DNA of 44,227 nt from Bacteroidota bacterium (GCA_046314695.1 JBKDBI010000254.1:1-44227), one strand, 5' to 3'; shown: positions 25,714 to 34,354, numbered from the stretch's first letter. A program made the numbers and translations. The notes: a model not told the origin generated them from the sequence alone.

Positions 25714-26685
25714 TTACACAAAGGCGGATGTTTGCAAGGCGTAGATAATTACGCATCTACAGTTTATGGTATTCCCTGCCGATGCCGTGGGGTCGTGAGG
25801 ATACATAATCCGCCCTAATGTGCTAATAAACGGTTCGTTAATGGCTCGCCCTTCTCTATTCATGCTAGGCAAGGTTAAATGTGCATCCCTTGTTTTGTTG
25901 TCACGACGTGGCACCCAATACTTGCGGTAATCATTCGCCCCAATGCTCCCCTCTTCAATGGCGTTGTCATAGATGTGTTGATTCGCCATATTCGTCATTC
26001 GTAGGGCTTCTGTGCGTGCGATTGTTTCCGCCCGATACTTAAGTTGCTTTTGCCTGTACCGCTCCACACGCTTAATGATGTCGTCCTCTTTGAGTACCTT
26101 CTTTGTTAAGCGTTTATCTCGAAGCTTGTAGCTGGTTACGGATTCACCAGCTCTTAGTTTGGCTTCATAGTTCTGTACCGCCTTCACCTGTTGAGGTGTT
26201 AAGCCGATGCTTCCTCTGATTGCCCTAGCACTTTGGAGTGGATTCACCCCCCTTAGTGTCGCCTTAGAAAGCTCGGCTCCTATGCCCTGAATCGTGGCTT
26301 GTGTCTCGTTGGTGATGAGCGTGTTCGTCCAGTTGTTCACGATGCCTGCAAGCCGTGGGTTTACTTGGTTGAAGTAAACGCCTGAAACGGTTATATTCTT
26401 CGCAATCTGCACGCCTGACGTGGCGTAGTGGTTTGTCATTGCATCCTTAAAGCCCTTGAGTCTCAACTGCACGACTTCGGGGCTAAACGCTCGCTGTATG
26501 GCATACACGTCGTTGTTCATTACCGCCACCGTTAATGCGTCAAGCGTCATTAAGTCCTTGACCTGCTGTATGGCAAGAAGCCACTCATTCGCTAGGTAGA
26601 ACTCTTTACTCTCGGCTATGGCGATAAGTTGCTGACGCTTGGCTTGCAAGCTTGCTTCACTCGGTATCATCTGCCAGCTCGTCAT
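25714..26685 (-). CDS. head morphogenesis protein (Phage Mu F / SPP1 gp7 family)
   Basis: RRDNKTRDAHL...G.....PF......MYPHDP....GNTINCRCV is the family signature; it follows the portal gene. Confidence 0.85.
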   Translation of the reverse strand: MTSWQMIPSEASLQAKRQQLIAIAESKEFYLANEWLLAIQQVKDLMTLDALTVAVMNNDVYAIQRAFSPEVVQLRLKGFKDAMTNHYATSGVQIAKNITVSGVYFNQVNPRLAGIVNNWTNTLITNETQATIQGIGAELSKATLRGVNPLQSARAIRGSIGLTPQQVKAVQNYEAKLRAGESVTSYKLRDKRLTKKVLKEDDIIKRVERYRQKQLKYRAETIARTEALRMTNMANQHIYDNAIEEGSIGANDYRKYWVPRRDNKTRDAHLTLPSMNREGRAINEPFISTLGRIMYPHDPTASAGNTINCRCVIIYALQTSAFV

Positions 26686-28006
26686 CTAAAGGGGGCTTAG
26701 GCGTGCCTATCATCGGATTCATCATTAAAGCGTCCTCCTGCATCTTCAACCGCTCTTCGGCTTCGGGCTTAGGCAATCCGCCGTATTCAAAGAGGTAGTC
26801 TTCTTGGCTTTCCGTTAGCACGATACCTGCACCGCTTAAAGCGTTAATGAACGTCGCCATGCCGTCCAGCGTCAAGTCCACGCTGTCGTAAGTGAGTTCG
26901 GGCAAGTATTCAAAAGGCTGTCCATTTAGCACCCACAACGGCTTTATGACTTGGTGGTTGAACGTGTCGCAAAGATGTTGAGCAATGCCTTCGACAAGGA
27001 GCTTGAACATCGACGTGGTGTCCTTGCTTAGGGCATAGCTTCCTGAATCCTGCCCCACCATGACAAGGAAGCCAGCCATCAACGCCCTTGCGATGCTGTT
27101 CTCTTCACGGTTGATTAAAGTGTTGGTGTCGATGAACTTAGATCCTTCAACGCTCATTAGACGAACGTCCTCACGTTTGATGTTTGACATCCTGCCCTCG
27201 TCGTCGGTATGCGGAGCAGATCCCATAATTAAGCCAGTTACCAATCCTGCTTTGTAGCGGTTAGCTTCTGCCATAAGCCGTGCTTTGTCTGCTTCAATGT
27301 TATCCTTGTTTTTTTTAGTGTTGTCAAAGGTAAAAATCGGCACGCCTTCCAAGTTGACCTGCACTTGACGGTTTTCTTTGGTCAAATAGAAACACTTGTT
27401 TTTAAAGTGGAAGTAAGCCGATTTAAGCAATGACTCCCCATAAGCGGAATTGTTGTAGTTGCCAATACCTTTGGCATAGACGGATTGCGATAGCTGGATC
27501 GTTTCTTGCGTGAGGAGTGAATCAAAACCTTCAAGCGTGTAAGAATCCTTAAACTTGGCGGTTAAATACCGTTGAGGGTGAAAGCATAGATCGTCCACCT
27601 CGTAGCCTGTTTCGCCTTTTCGCAAAACCATTTCAAACAGGGAAAAGCCATAAAGGAACGTCGACACATAGTTTCGCAGGAAGTCCTTAAAGTCGCCACC
27701 AGCCCAATCGGTAAACATCTGCTCGGCGATCTCGTGGAAGCCGTCGCCGTCGTCTTCGTCGTTGGACTTAATCTCAAACGTGAGACTCGTTAAAAGCAAC
27801 TGCAAGACGGTTGAAAAGGCTCTCGTTATCGTGTCGGTTTCTAGCATATCGTAGTAACGCTGAATCCAACCCCTCGCATCTGTAGGGTTGTTGATCTGCG
27901 TCGTGGCTTCTGTACCCCATAGCCCCCAAGGCAAATAGGTTGATGCCGTTTGAATGTTTTGAGGCGTTGCCTGTGTTTGCTTGCGGTACTTTTTATTTTT
28001 TGCCAT
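26657..28006 (-). CDS. portal protein
   Basis: 449 aa, located between terL and the Mu F-like gene. Confidence 0.8.
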   Translation of the reverse strand: MAKNKKYRKQTQATPQNIQTASTYLPWGLWGTEATTQINNPTDARGWIQRYYDMLETDTITRAFSTVLQLLLTSLTFEIKSNDEDDGDGFHEIAEQMFTDWAGGDFKDFLRNYVSTFLYGFSLFEMVLRKGETGYEVDDLCFHPQRYLTAKFKDSYTLEGFDSLLTQETIQLSQSVYAKGIGNYNNSAYGESLLKSAYFHFKNKCFYLTKENRQVQVNLEGVPIFTFDNTKKNKDNIEADKARLMAEANRYKAGLVTGLIMGSAPHTDDEGRMSNIKREDVRLMSVEGSKFIDTNTLINREENSIARALMAGFLVMVGQDSGSYALSKDTTSMFKLLVEGIAQHLCDTFNHQVIKPLWVLNGQPFEYLPELTYDSVDLTLDGMATFINALSGAGIVLTESQEDYLFEYGGLPKPEAEERLKMQEDALMMNPMIGTPKPPLDDELADDTE

Positions 28007-28007
28007 T

Positions 28008-29468
28008 TTAGAATCCTATGCTTATGCCTTGGACGTCGGACTGTCTACGATTTAGTTTAGCATTGATGAACTGTGTTAAGGCGTCCACCATGTCGTCATC
28101 CTTGCGATTTGGAAAGGCAATGGCTTGGTCGATTAAAGAATCCGTAAAGGGATTGTCTAAAAACTTGACGCTCCCTTGATTAAGGTAAATTGTAGAGGCT
28201 TCTGCCCTTGCCTCTTTGGACTCTTTCGGCGTTATGGCAAGCACGTTGTCGATACCATGCTGACGTAATACCCTTATGATAGCGTCACCGTTGGCTTTCT
28301 TTTCAATTATAAGCGAATGAGGGCGGTACTCGTTCATCATCTGCTTGATGCTCGCTAGGGTTGCTAAGAAGTCCATTTGCTTGTTGATGCCATTGACGCA
28401 ATACCACTCGCCCTTGTACCGTGCAAATACGATAATCGCCACGCAGTCGGAAAGCTCCGAATCGCTAAACGTGGCATCTACCGAAAGCAATACCTCTGTC
28501 GCACCATTAATAATGGCGTTGACGTTCTCATCCACAATAGGGAACATCTCCTCTTTGAAGATTTCGCCGTCTGCAACGCTTGGACGCTGTTGTAATTGGC
28601 TGTTGTAGTGCCTCGCCCCTTTTGCCTTTTCCTGTTGCACCCATACTTCACCAAAACGTGCCTCCCATAACAGTTCCCCCTCCTGTGTGCGTGGGTCTTG
28701 AAAACCTAGCGATGAGACTGTCTTAATAGGGTGATTCGAGTCATACAAGGCGGGGAAGCAAAGCACATCATAATGGCGTGCGTAGGCTTCATCTGCTAAG
28801 ATACGCCCTGCGATGTCGTCTTCGTGTAGCCGTTGATGAACCAACACTAAGGGGGTCTTTTCGGCTTTTGTTCCCCTTGTGGTGAAGGTGGAGTCATACC
28901 AAAAAAAACAGGAATCACGCTTTACTTGGCTTCGTGCGTCCTGTGCCTCTAGCGGATCGTCACACAAAAGGAAATCCGCATCCTGACCTGTACCGCCTGA
29001 CGTGGTAATGGGAAGGCGACTCCCCCCTTGCTCATTCTGATAATAGCTCGACCCCCACCGTGTCGCATGGGGCTTGCACACGTCGCCAAATAAACGCTGG
29101 TAGAAGGGGGAGGCAATCAAGTTTCTTGCCTTCACCGCATCCCTTGTTGAAAGATTGTCTTTTGCGGATGCTGACACAAACCGCCGATGAGGTCGCACCG
29201 TCCAGTCCCACGCAGGCATGAACACGTTTACGATGATACTCTTTGCGTGTCGTGGGGGGAGGAATATCATCAAGCGGTTACGCTCTAGCCTGCCCTCTGC
29301 TAAGGCTTGCAAGTGATCGCATATCGCCTCAATGTGCCAGTTCTCCACGAACTCCCCTTGTTGAACCACGACGTGCCAAAATGTCTTTACAAAGAAGTAA
29401 AGGGAGCCTTTGCATAAGCGACGCAAGGCTTCATCATGTGCGAGGCGTAACGCTTGAACGCTTGCCAT
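28008..29468 (-). CDS. terL: terminase large subunit
   Basis: LMIFLPPRHAKS (Walker A-like), LLCDDPLE (Walker B-like) and a C-terminal nuclease-like region. The 486-aa size and the position upstream of the portal gene fit. Confidence 0.85.
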   Translation of the reverse strand: MASVQALRLAHDEALRRLCKGSLYFFVKTFWHVVVQQGEFVENWHIEAICDHLQALAEGRLERNRLMIFLPPRHAKSIIVNVFMPAWDWTVRPHRRFVSASAKDNLSTRDAVKARNLIASPFYQRLFGDVCKPHATRWGSSYYQNEQGGSRLPITTSGGTGQDADFLLCDDPLEAQDARSQVKRDSCFFWYDSTFTTRGTKAEKTPLVLVHQRLHEDDIAGRILADEAYARHYDVLCFPALYDSNHPIKTVSSLGFQDPRTQEGELLWEARFGEVWVQQEKAKGARHYNSQLQQRPSVADGEIFKEEMFPIVDENVNAIINGATEVLLSVDATFSDSELSDCVAIIVFARYKGEWYCVNGINKQMDFLATLASIKQMMNEYRPHSLIIEKKANGDAIIRVLRQHGIDNVLAITPKESKEARAEASTIYLNQGSVKFLDNPFTDSLIDQAIAFPNRKDDDMVDALTQFINAKLNRRQSDVQGISIGF

Positions 29469-29816
29469 TTATACCCCTATCTTCTGATAAGCCAGCCCTT
29501 CCGCTGGGCTGACCGTGTGAACCTGTAGCACCTGCTGATTCGTGTAGCCATTGTGAGTAATTAAGTCTTTTGGCTTGATGACGTAATCATCCGTCAATTG
29601 AACAATCAACACGGCACTAACGCTTGGATTTAATCCGTTGGTGTCCTTCATTGCCACTTGACGGTAAGCCTTGCCTGTGTGTGTCGTGGTCGTGGTTGTG
29701 ACTGCTCCAGTCGTGGCATTGCGTGTGGTTGTTGCCACTTCTGACACCGTGCAAGCCGTGCCGAATCGTGCAAGCAAAGAGGCGACGGCTTTCTTCATTG
29801 TGGCAAGCCCTGCCAT
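29469..29816 (-). CDS. hypothetical protein (weak resemblance to head-tail joining proteins)
   Basis: ORF track. It has a Thr-rich tract, and the C-terminal beta-like segment loosely recalls head-closure proteins. Confidence 0.4.
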   Translation of the reverse strand: MAGLATMKKAVASLLARFGTACTVSEVATTTRNATTGAVTTTTTTHTGKAYRQVAMKDTNGLNPSVSAVLIVQLTDDYVIKPKDLITHNGYTNQQVLQVHTVSPAEGLAYQKIGV

Positions 29817-30184
29817 GGGTAAGTGGCATCGCTCACGATCATCGTCATCGTGCTTGATGCCGTCGTGCCAGTTGTGCCGTCATAAGTGGGGAGCGTGCCT
29901 GCTTGGCTCATTTCGGCGAATGAACGCTTAAGAGCTTCGTATTTTGCCCCCATATTCCCCCATGTGACACTAAGCCCTTCAACAGCTTCATCCTGTGGCT
30001 TGCCTGCCGATTTAGCAACTAAGGCAGTGCAAAGCATGGAAAGGGTTTTAGCCATATCGGAGCCTTGCAAAGCGTAAGAGTCCGTAAGCTCCTCATTGCT
30101 GAATAAGTAAGGGCTTACGGTGTCTTGTAGCAAGAATCGGAGCAAGTCCTTTGCTGAACTGGAGGGCGTGCCTGTGTAGCTCAT
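29795..30184 (-). CDS. hypothetical protein (possible head-tail connector)
   Basis: ORF track; the N-terminus DLLRFLLQDT...LFSNEELT loosely recalls gp6-like connectors. Confidence 0.4.
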   Translation of the reverse strand: MSYTGTPSSSAKDLLRFLLQDTVSPYLFSNEELTDSYALQGSDMAKTLSMLCTALVAKSAGKPQDEAVEGLSVTWGNMGAKYEALKRSFAEMSQAGTLPTYDGTTGTTASSTMTMIVSDATYPWQGLPQ

Positions 30185-30447
30185 TTCTTCTTACCTTTGG
30201 CTTGGGGCTTAGGTGTTTCGTCGATTGTAGGCGTTTCTAGGGCTGTCTCTACGACTTCATCATCAAGTGGTGTGGTTTCGTCACCGATTGATTCGTCAAG
30301 TGGAGCCTCTGAAATCAAACCCCTTTTCTCAAGGATTCTAAACTTATGAAACGGTGTAAAGGTAGGGAGTTTTGACCCCACTTCGTACCAGTCATTTTCG
30401 CCTGTAACATAAACACCTTTAAGCAATTTCTGCTTTAAACCTATCAT
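30181..30447 (-). CDS. hypothetical protein with acidic/Lys-rich tail
   Basis: ORF track; coupled to its neighbours. Confidence 0.45.
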   Translation of the reverse strand: MIGLKQKLLKGVYVTGENDWYEVGSKLPTFTPFHKFRILEKRGLISEAPLDESIGDETTPLDDEVVETALETPTIDETPKPQAKGKKK

Positions 30448-30448
30448 A

Positions 30449-30841
30449 CTAAGCCCCTTTGCTAAGTGAGTAATACTTTAACGCTTTGTTGTCATCATAA
30501 CACGCCATGATGCGTGTCGTGGGAGCCAATAGGCTTATGCCCTTTGCCCTCAATTCCCCCTGAATGAATGCCCTTTGAATCGCTGGGGATGCCTTGCCCT
30601 GCTTGATGAGAGCATGGGGACGTTCAAGGGTTTCAATGTATTCCAGTAGCAGATTGATGGTTTCTTTGAAATAGTCCTCGTTTTGCCCTACGAATCCGCT
30701 AGGCATACACACATGATTGACCACTTCGTGAATCCGTTTGATTGTGGGGTTGTCAAGCTCTGTGCCTGTCTGCACACAAAGGCTTAAATGGCTTAAGGAG
30801 CCTACCAATCGACTAAACAGAACGTCGTCACGAATCGGCAT
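30449..30841 (-). CDS. hypothetical protein
   Basis: ORF track; coupled to terS (ATTATTGA junction). Confidence 0.45.
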   Translation of the reverse strand: MPIRDDVLFSRLVGSLSHLSLCVQTGTELDNPTIKRIHEVVNHVCMPSGFVGQNEDYFKETINLLLEYIETLERPHALIKQGKASPAIQRAFIQGELRAKGISLLAPTTRIMACYDDNKALKYYSLSKGA

Positions 30842-31269
30842 TATTGACCCTCCAGCTTATCAAGTCCCTTGCCTAGTGCGATGATGTTGTCAAAGTCCAT
30901 GTTTTTAATTTGCTCGACAAGGGCTTCATTAACCATGTGAGTGGTTTCTTGCTTGATCTCGTTTTTGTCGGTTTGACCTAGCCATTGTTTACCTAGCCAT
31001 ATCTGCATTGTGACGTTGCCAGCCTCTGCTGACGTGTACTGCATACGACGGAGGGAAGTTTTACCTTGCCCTGAATATCTTTTATATAGCTCCGAAAAAT
31101 TGACACCACCACGCTCTTTGATATTGCGTTCTAAGGTGTCCTCATCCATATCCATAACACTGCAACATTCAACCTGCGTGCAGTTGATACGAAGCATAGA
31201 GAGGAGCATCTCCCACTCCTTATCGGTTAAATCTTTGCGTGGTCGTCCGACTGGTCTTTTCTCGATCAT
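30841..31269 (-). CDS. terS: terminase small subunit
   Basis: GRPRK..T.KEWE.LL..L...CT..E...VM....DTLERNI ... GNVTMQIWLGKQWLGQTD is the typical HTH-type small terminase pattern. Confidence 0.75.
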   Translation of the reverse strand: MIEKRPVGRPRKDLTDKEWEMLLSMLRINCTQVECCSVMDMDEDTLERNIKERGGVNFSELYKRYSGQGKTSLRRMQYTSAEAGNVTMQIWLGKQWLGQTDKNEIKQETTHMVNEALVEQIKNMDFDNIIALGKGLDKLEGQ

Positions 31270-31762
31270 TTAGCGGTCTCCTCTAGTTTTTTGTAAGTAA
31301 AACAAAATGTCGGTCTATTTGCTGAATGTGTTTTTTTAAATGACTTATCTCTATGCCCGGCTTGAATACCTTTTGAGGTTAATATCCAACATGGCGATTT
31401 TTTCAAAGCATTTGATAATGCGGGTGTCCCTGTTGTGATATTTATCTTATGCGTTTTTGAATAATAGTCTGCCACAAAGTTTAATAGTTTAGTTCCAATT
31501 CCAATACCTTGAAAATCAGGAATAATCACTAAACGATGTATTCTTTTTTGACCAACATATCCAAAACTTTGCATAATGGCACAAAATCCTATAATTTGAT
31601 TTTGATATACGGCTATAAATATATCTGCCACTTTGTTTAATTTATGGTCTAAATAATGAAACTTTTTAAAGGTTTCCCATATTTCAGACCCCCATTTTTT
31701 TTCAATTTGAAAAACATCGAAGTGTATTTTTGCTCTAGTTGGTTTTTCTGCATAAAAAAAAA
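31266..31762 (-). CDS. GNAT acyltransferase domain, readable only as a -1 frame continuation of the upstream ATPase gene
   Basis: Motif A is RLVIIPDFQGIGIGTKLL. The track ORF starts at a GTG (31631) inside the fold. Hand translation shows the same frame is open up to 31778 and encodes the missing N-terminal GNAT strands (IHFDVFQIEKKWGSEIWETFKKFHYLDHKL). This stretch has no ATG. Confidence 0.8.
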
Positions 31763-32350
31763 CTGATTCAGATCGGTATCATAAACCCAATCAGGTTCAA
31801 GCCATTCTTTTACATCGTGATGACACGTTATCGCTATAAATTGCTTGTTTTCTCGTTTAATGGATTTTGAAATAGCTAAACACGTGGTTTGAGCCACTGT
31901 TCTATCTACAACGCTGGTAAACTCATCAAATGCAAACCGTTGTTTTTCTTCAAGCAAAGACTTTGCTAAATCAACACGCATTTTTTCACCGTTAGAAAGA
32001 ACATGATAAGGCTTTAACCAACTAGGTGGACTTGCGAATCCCACCGCACTAAACATATTGGTTATTTTTTGAACATTACAATTTTTAGGCATTTCATCAA
32101 TAATGGCATTTTCACCATATTGTAAGTTTACTACAATATCATCTCCAAAACATTCTTTGGCTATTGTGGTTTTACCTGTCCCTGAACGTCCAACGATTAA
32201 ACCGATGTTCCAATCTTTTCCTTCAATATCAATACTCCCTGTAAAGTTTTGATTTAAGTTTGAATCATCCATTGAAAACATATCTAAAACAGATTGTGTT
32301 TTAAAGCTTTTTTTTAATTCTGTTTTTTTTAGTATGTTGAAACTTGGCAT
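31649..32350 (-). CDS. ABC-type ATPase (zero-frame product, 233 aa)
   Basis: Walker A GRSGTGKTT, ABC signature LSNGEKMRVDLA, Walker B/D-loop FAFDEFTSVVD and H-loop ITCHHD are all present. Confidence 0.85.
   Translation of the reverse strand: MPSFNILKKTELKKSFKTQSVLDMFSMDDSNLNQNFTGSIDIEGKDWNIGLIVGRSGTGKTTIAKECFGDDIVVNLQYGENAIIDEMPKNCNVQKITNMFSAVGFASPPSWLKPYHVLSNGEKMRVDLAKSLLEEKQRFAFDEFTSVVDRTVAQTTCLAISKSIKRENKQFIAITCHHDVKEWLEPDWVYDTDLNQFFFMQKNQLEQKYTSMFFKLKKNGGLKYGKPLKSFII
31754..31762 (-). other. T9 homopolymer / slippery site joining the ATPase and GNAT frames
   Basis: The zero frame reads cag TTT TTT TTT atg. A -1 shift on T TTT TTT reads TAT GCA GAA... in the GNAT frame, and T10 would fuse the frames genetically. 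Confidence 0.6.
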
Positions 32351-32865
32351 GAATAACCCTTTTGTGTCAAATACTCATAAGTATTTTCTTGTTCAATTTC
32401 ATTTTCACATTTTATAATAATTTGATACTTTGTTTCTGAATCGGAAAGATCTGTTTTATCTTCATTTTCATTTTGAAATACATCATCTAAAGCTTTTAAA
32501 TCAAACCCTAACAACTCTAAGTCAAACCCCACGTCATCAAGCTGTGCTAGTTCAAGCTTTAAAAGCTCATCGTCCCACCCTGCGTTTAGTGCGAGCTGAT
32601 TATCCGCTAGGACGTATGCTTTGCGTTGCGTGTCCGTCAAGTGGTCAACCAATACCGTAGGGACTTCTTTTAAGCCTAGTTTTTTAGAGGCTAGCAAGCG
32701 TCCATGTCCTGCGATGACGTTGTTTTTATCGTCTATGATGATTGGGTTAATAAAGCCAAACTCTCGAATGCTTGAGGCAATCTGCGTCACCTGTTCGTCG
32801 CTGTGAGTACGGGCGTTGTTGGCATAAGGGATAAGCTTATCAACTGCCACCTGTTGGTATTTCAT
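32329..32865 (-). CDS. ParB/Srx-like N-terminal domain protein
   Basis: VDKLIPYANNARTHSDEQ...IASSI.EFGF.NPIIID..N.VIAGHGRLLASKKLGL.EVP...V..L.D.Q.KAYVLADNQLA..AGWDDELL. The ATG at 32865 is preceded by GGGGAGGGG. Confidence 0.85.
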   Translation of the reverse strand: MKYQQVAVDKLIPYANNARTHSDEQVTQIASSIREFGFINPIIIDDKNNVIAGHGRLLASKKLGLKEVPTVLVDHLTDTQRKAYVLADNQLALNAGWDDELLKLELAQLDDVGFDLELLGFDLKALDDVFQNENEDKTDLSDSETKYQIIIKCENEIEQENTYEYLTQKGYSCQVSTY

Positions 32866-32922
32866 GCGACCCCTCCCCACATTAGAGTTACTACACACTT
32901 GCATGATGACACATTTAGGTGC

Positions 32923-32951
32923 TTACGTCAATAGGTAAAGAGTGGTAAAAT
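32923..32951 (+). promoter_or_regulatory. sigma70-type promoter candidate with extended -10
   Basis: TTACGT (32923-32928), a 17-nt spacer ending in TGg, then TAAAAT (32946-32951). It lies 35 nt upstream of the ATG at 32986. Confidence 0.5.
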
Positions 32952-32985
32952 AGAATTAGTGCATTCTAAAAAGAAAGGATTTTAT

Positions 32986-33618
32986 ATGCCACTCATTTAC
33001 TACACTGAAGAGGATAGAAAACTACTAATCAACAGCGACCAAATCTTAACTGCCCACTATAGCAGTTACTATAAATGCTTTGTTGTCACGCTTTTTAACA
33101 ATACTGAAATCCGCTTAGGCAATGAGCAATACGACGAAATTATGGAGCAAGTAGAGCTTCTAAGTCTTGACCATGAAGAGCCAAGCGAAAGACAAAGAGA
33201 CCCTTTTAAATTGCCAGTATGGGAAGAGCCAAAAACGGATTACACATGGGCGAGCGATAAACAGCTTGAAGAGTATAAGCAACACCAAGCAGAGCAACGT
33301 GAGCAACTTAAAAAATACCGAGAGGCTCTTTCTGAAGATTTTATGCAGGCGATTGTTTTGGGGGCGACAAAGGCTTTCCATGTAATCATAAAAGGAGAAA
33401 GTGGAAAGCGTATACATATTTATTTTTACGCCAATACCGAAAGAAAGGTAGAAGAGTATTTAGGTAAAAACGATCTTTCGTATCTAGTTGAAGGGTCTCG
33501 TTTTTTTGTTGAAGAAATAGAGCGGTTTAAGTTTTCTGATATTCGAAAAGGTGACGAATGCCTGCACCTTTCTAAAAATTCGGAAGCCACTAAAAACAAC
33601 CGCTTATTTATTATTTAA
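32986..33618 (+). CDS. hypothetical protein (AT-rich accessory gene)
   Basis: ATG at 32986 follows AAAGGA; no recognisable domain. Confidence 0.55.
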   Translation: MPLIYYTEEDRKLLINSDQILTAHYSSYYKCFVVTLFNNTEIRLGNEQYDEIMEQVELLSLDHEEPSERQRDPFKLPVWEEPKTDYTWASDKQLEEYKQHQAEQREQLKKYREALSEDFMQAIVLGATKAFHVIIKGESGKRIHIYFYANTERKVEEYLGKNDLSYLVEGSRFFVEEIERFKFSDIRKGDECLHLSKNSEATKNNRLFII

Positions 33619-33638
33619 GCCTAACTCCCCCATAACAC

Positions 33639-33669
33639 AAAAGCCCCCGATGATAAGTCGAGGGCTTTG
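33639..33669. terminator. hairpin between convergent accessory genes (weak terminator candidate)
   Basis: AAAGCCC-N15-GGGCTTT. Only a short T-rich tail follows on the minus strand (TTGTGTT). Confidence 0.35.
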
Positions 33670-33713
33670 CTAAAGAAAGGATAAACGATGAAAAAATTAG
33701 CAAAGTCATCATA

Positions 33714-34313
33714 TCAGTTTTGCAAGCGGTTGTCAACGACAAAGCTTTCTCTCGTTACTTGGTCTTCAATGGTAAGTTGAACGGCTGGCTTCTGAAAGTT
33801 GTACTTGGCAAGTTGTGACTTAAGCACTGGCTTTTTAGGCTGACTAACAAGCGTCGCAAAGCTGAATGACTGCAGAGGGGGGACTTCCACATAGACGACT
33901 TGGTCTTTGAACTTCGACGTCATCATGCCGACTTCACGCTTGGCATTGTTGTTTTCAATCACAACAAAGGGAGTCATCACTAAAGCTCCAATAATACCAC
34001 CGCCAAATGTAAACAGGCTAATTGGGATCCCAACAGCCCAAAGCATACCCACGCCCGAATGATCTAAGTCTAATTGAGAATAAGCCCCTGTACTATTAAC
34101 GCCATTTTGCACCGTTGCATTTAGGATACGAACAGGATTCTTGGAATTATTGGAAACGGTAATCCTGTAGGCGTTGAATTGCCGTTTGACCTTGCCGCTT
34201 TTTAGCTCCACATCCTGCACATCGATCTTAATATCATCCTTGCCAGCCATAGCCAAACACGGCGTGACAAGTAAAGCAAAAGCCAAGTACAGGCTCATCA
34301 ATCGTTTATTCAT
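33714..34313 (-). CDS. secreted/membrane protein (moron-like; signal peptide plus internal TM segment)
   Basis: MNKRLMSLYLAFALLVTPCLAMA-GKDD is a signal peptide. A later hydrophobic stretch reads MLWAVGIPISLFTFGGGIIGALVMTPFVVI. It has its own consensus promoter. Confidence 0.6.
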   Translation of the reverse strand: MNKRLMSLYLAFALLVTPCLAMAGKDDIKIDVQDVELKSGKVKRQFNAYRITVSNNSKNPVRILNATVQNGVNSTGAYSQLDLDHSGVGMLWAVGIPISLFTFGGGIIGALVMTPFVVIENNNAKREVGMMTSKFKDQVVYVEVPPLQSFSFATLVSQPKKPVLKSQLAKYNFQKPAVQLTIEDQVTRESFVVDNRLQN

Positions 34314-34354
34314 GGTATATCCTTTCCTATCGCTTGGCACATCCAAGCCTCCCG

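Noticed and set aside
31649-32865. The ParB-domain protein plus the adjacent ATPase might form a ParAB-type partition system for a plasmid prophage.
   Set aside because: The ATPase has ABC-type motifs (LSNGE signature, H-loop), not the deviant Walker A (KGGxxK[ST]) of ParA. The ParB protein lacks the HTH/dimerisation C-terminal domains, and its sequence is the type associated with DNA-modification enzymes.
32866-32960. A late-operon promoter might lie upstream of the ParB-domain gene (TTGACG on the minus strand).
   Set aside because: No acceptable -10 hexamer lies at 16-18 nt spacing. The late operon may depend on an activator or on read-through, so no promoter is called.
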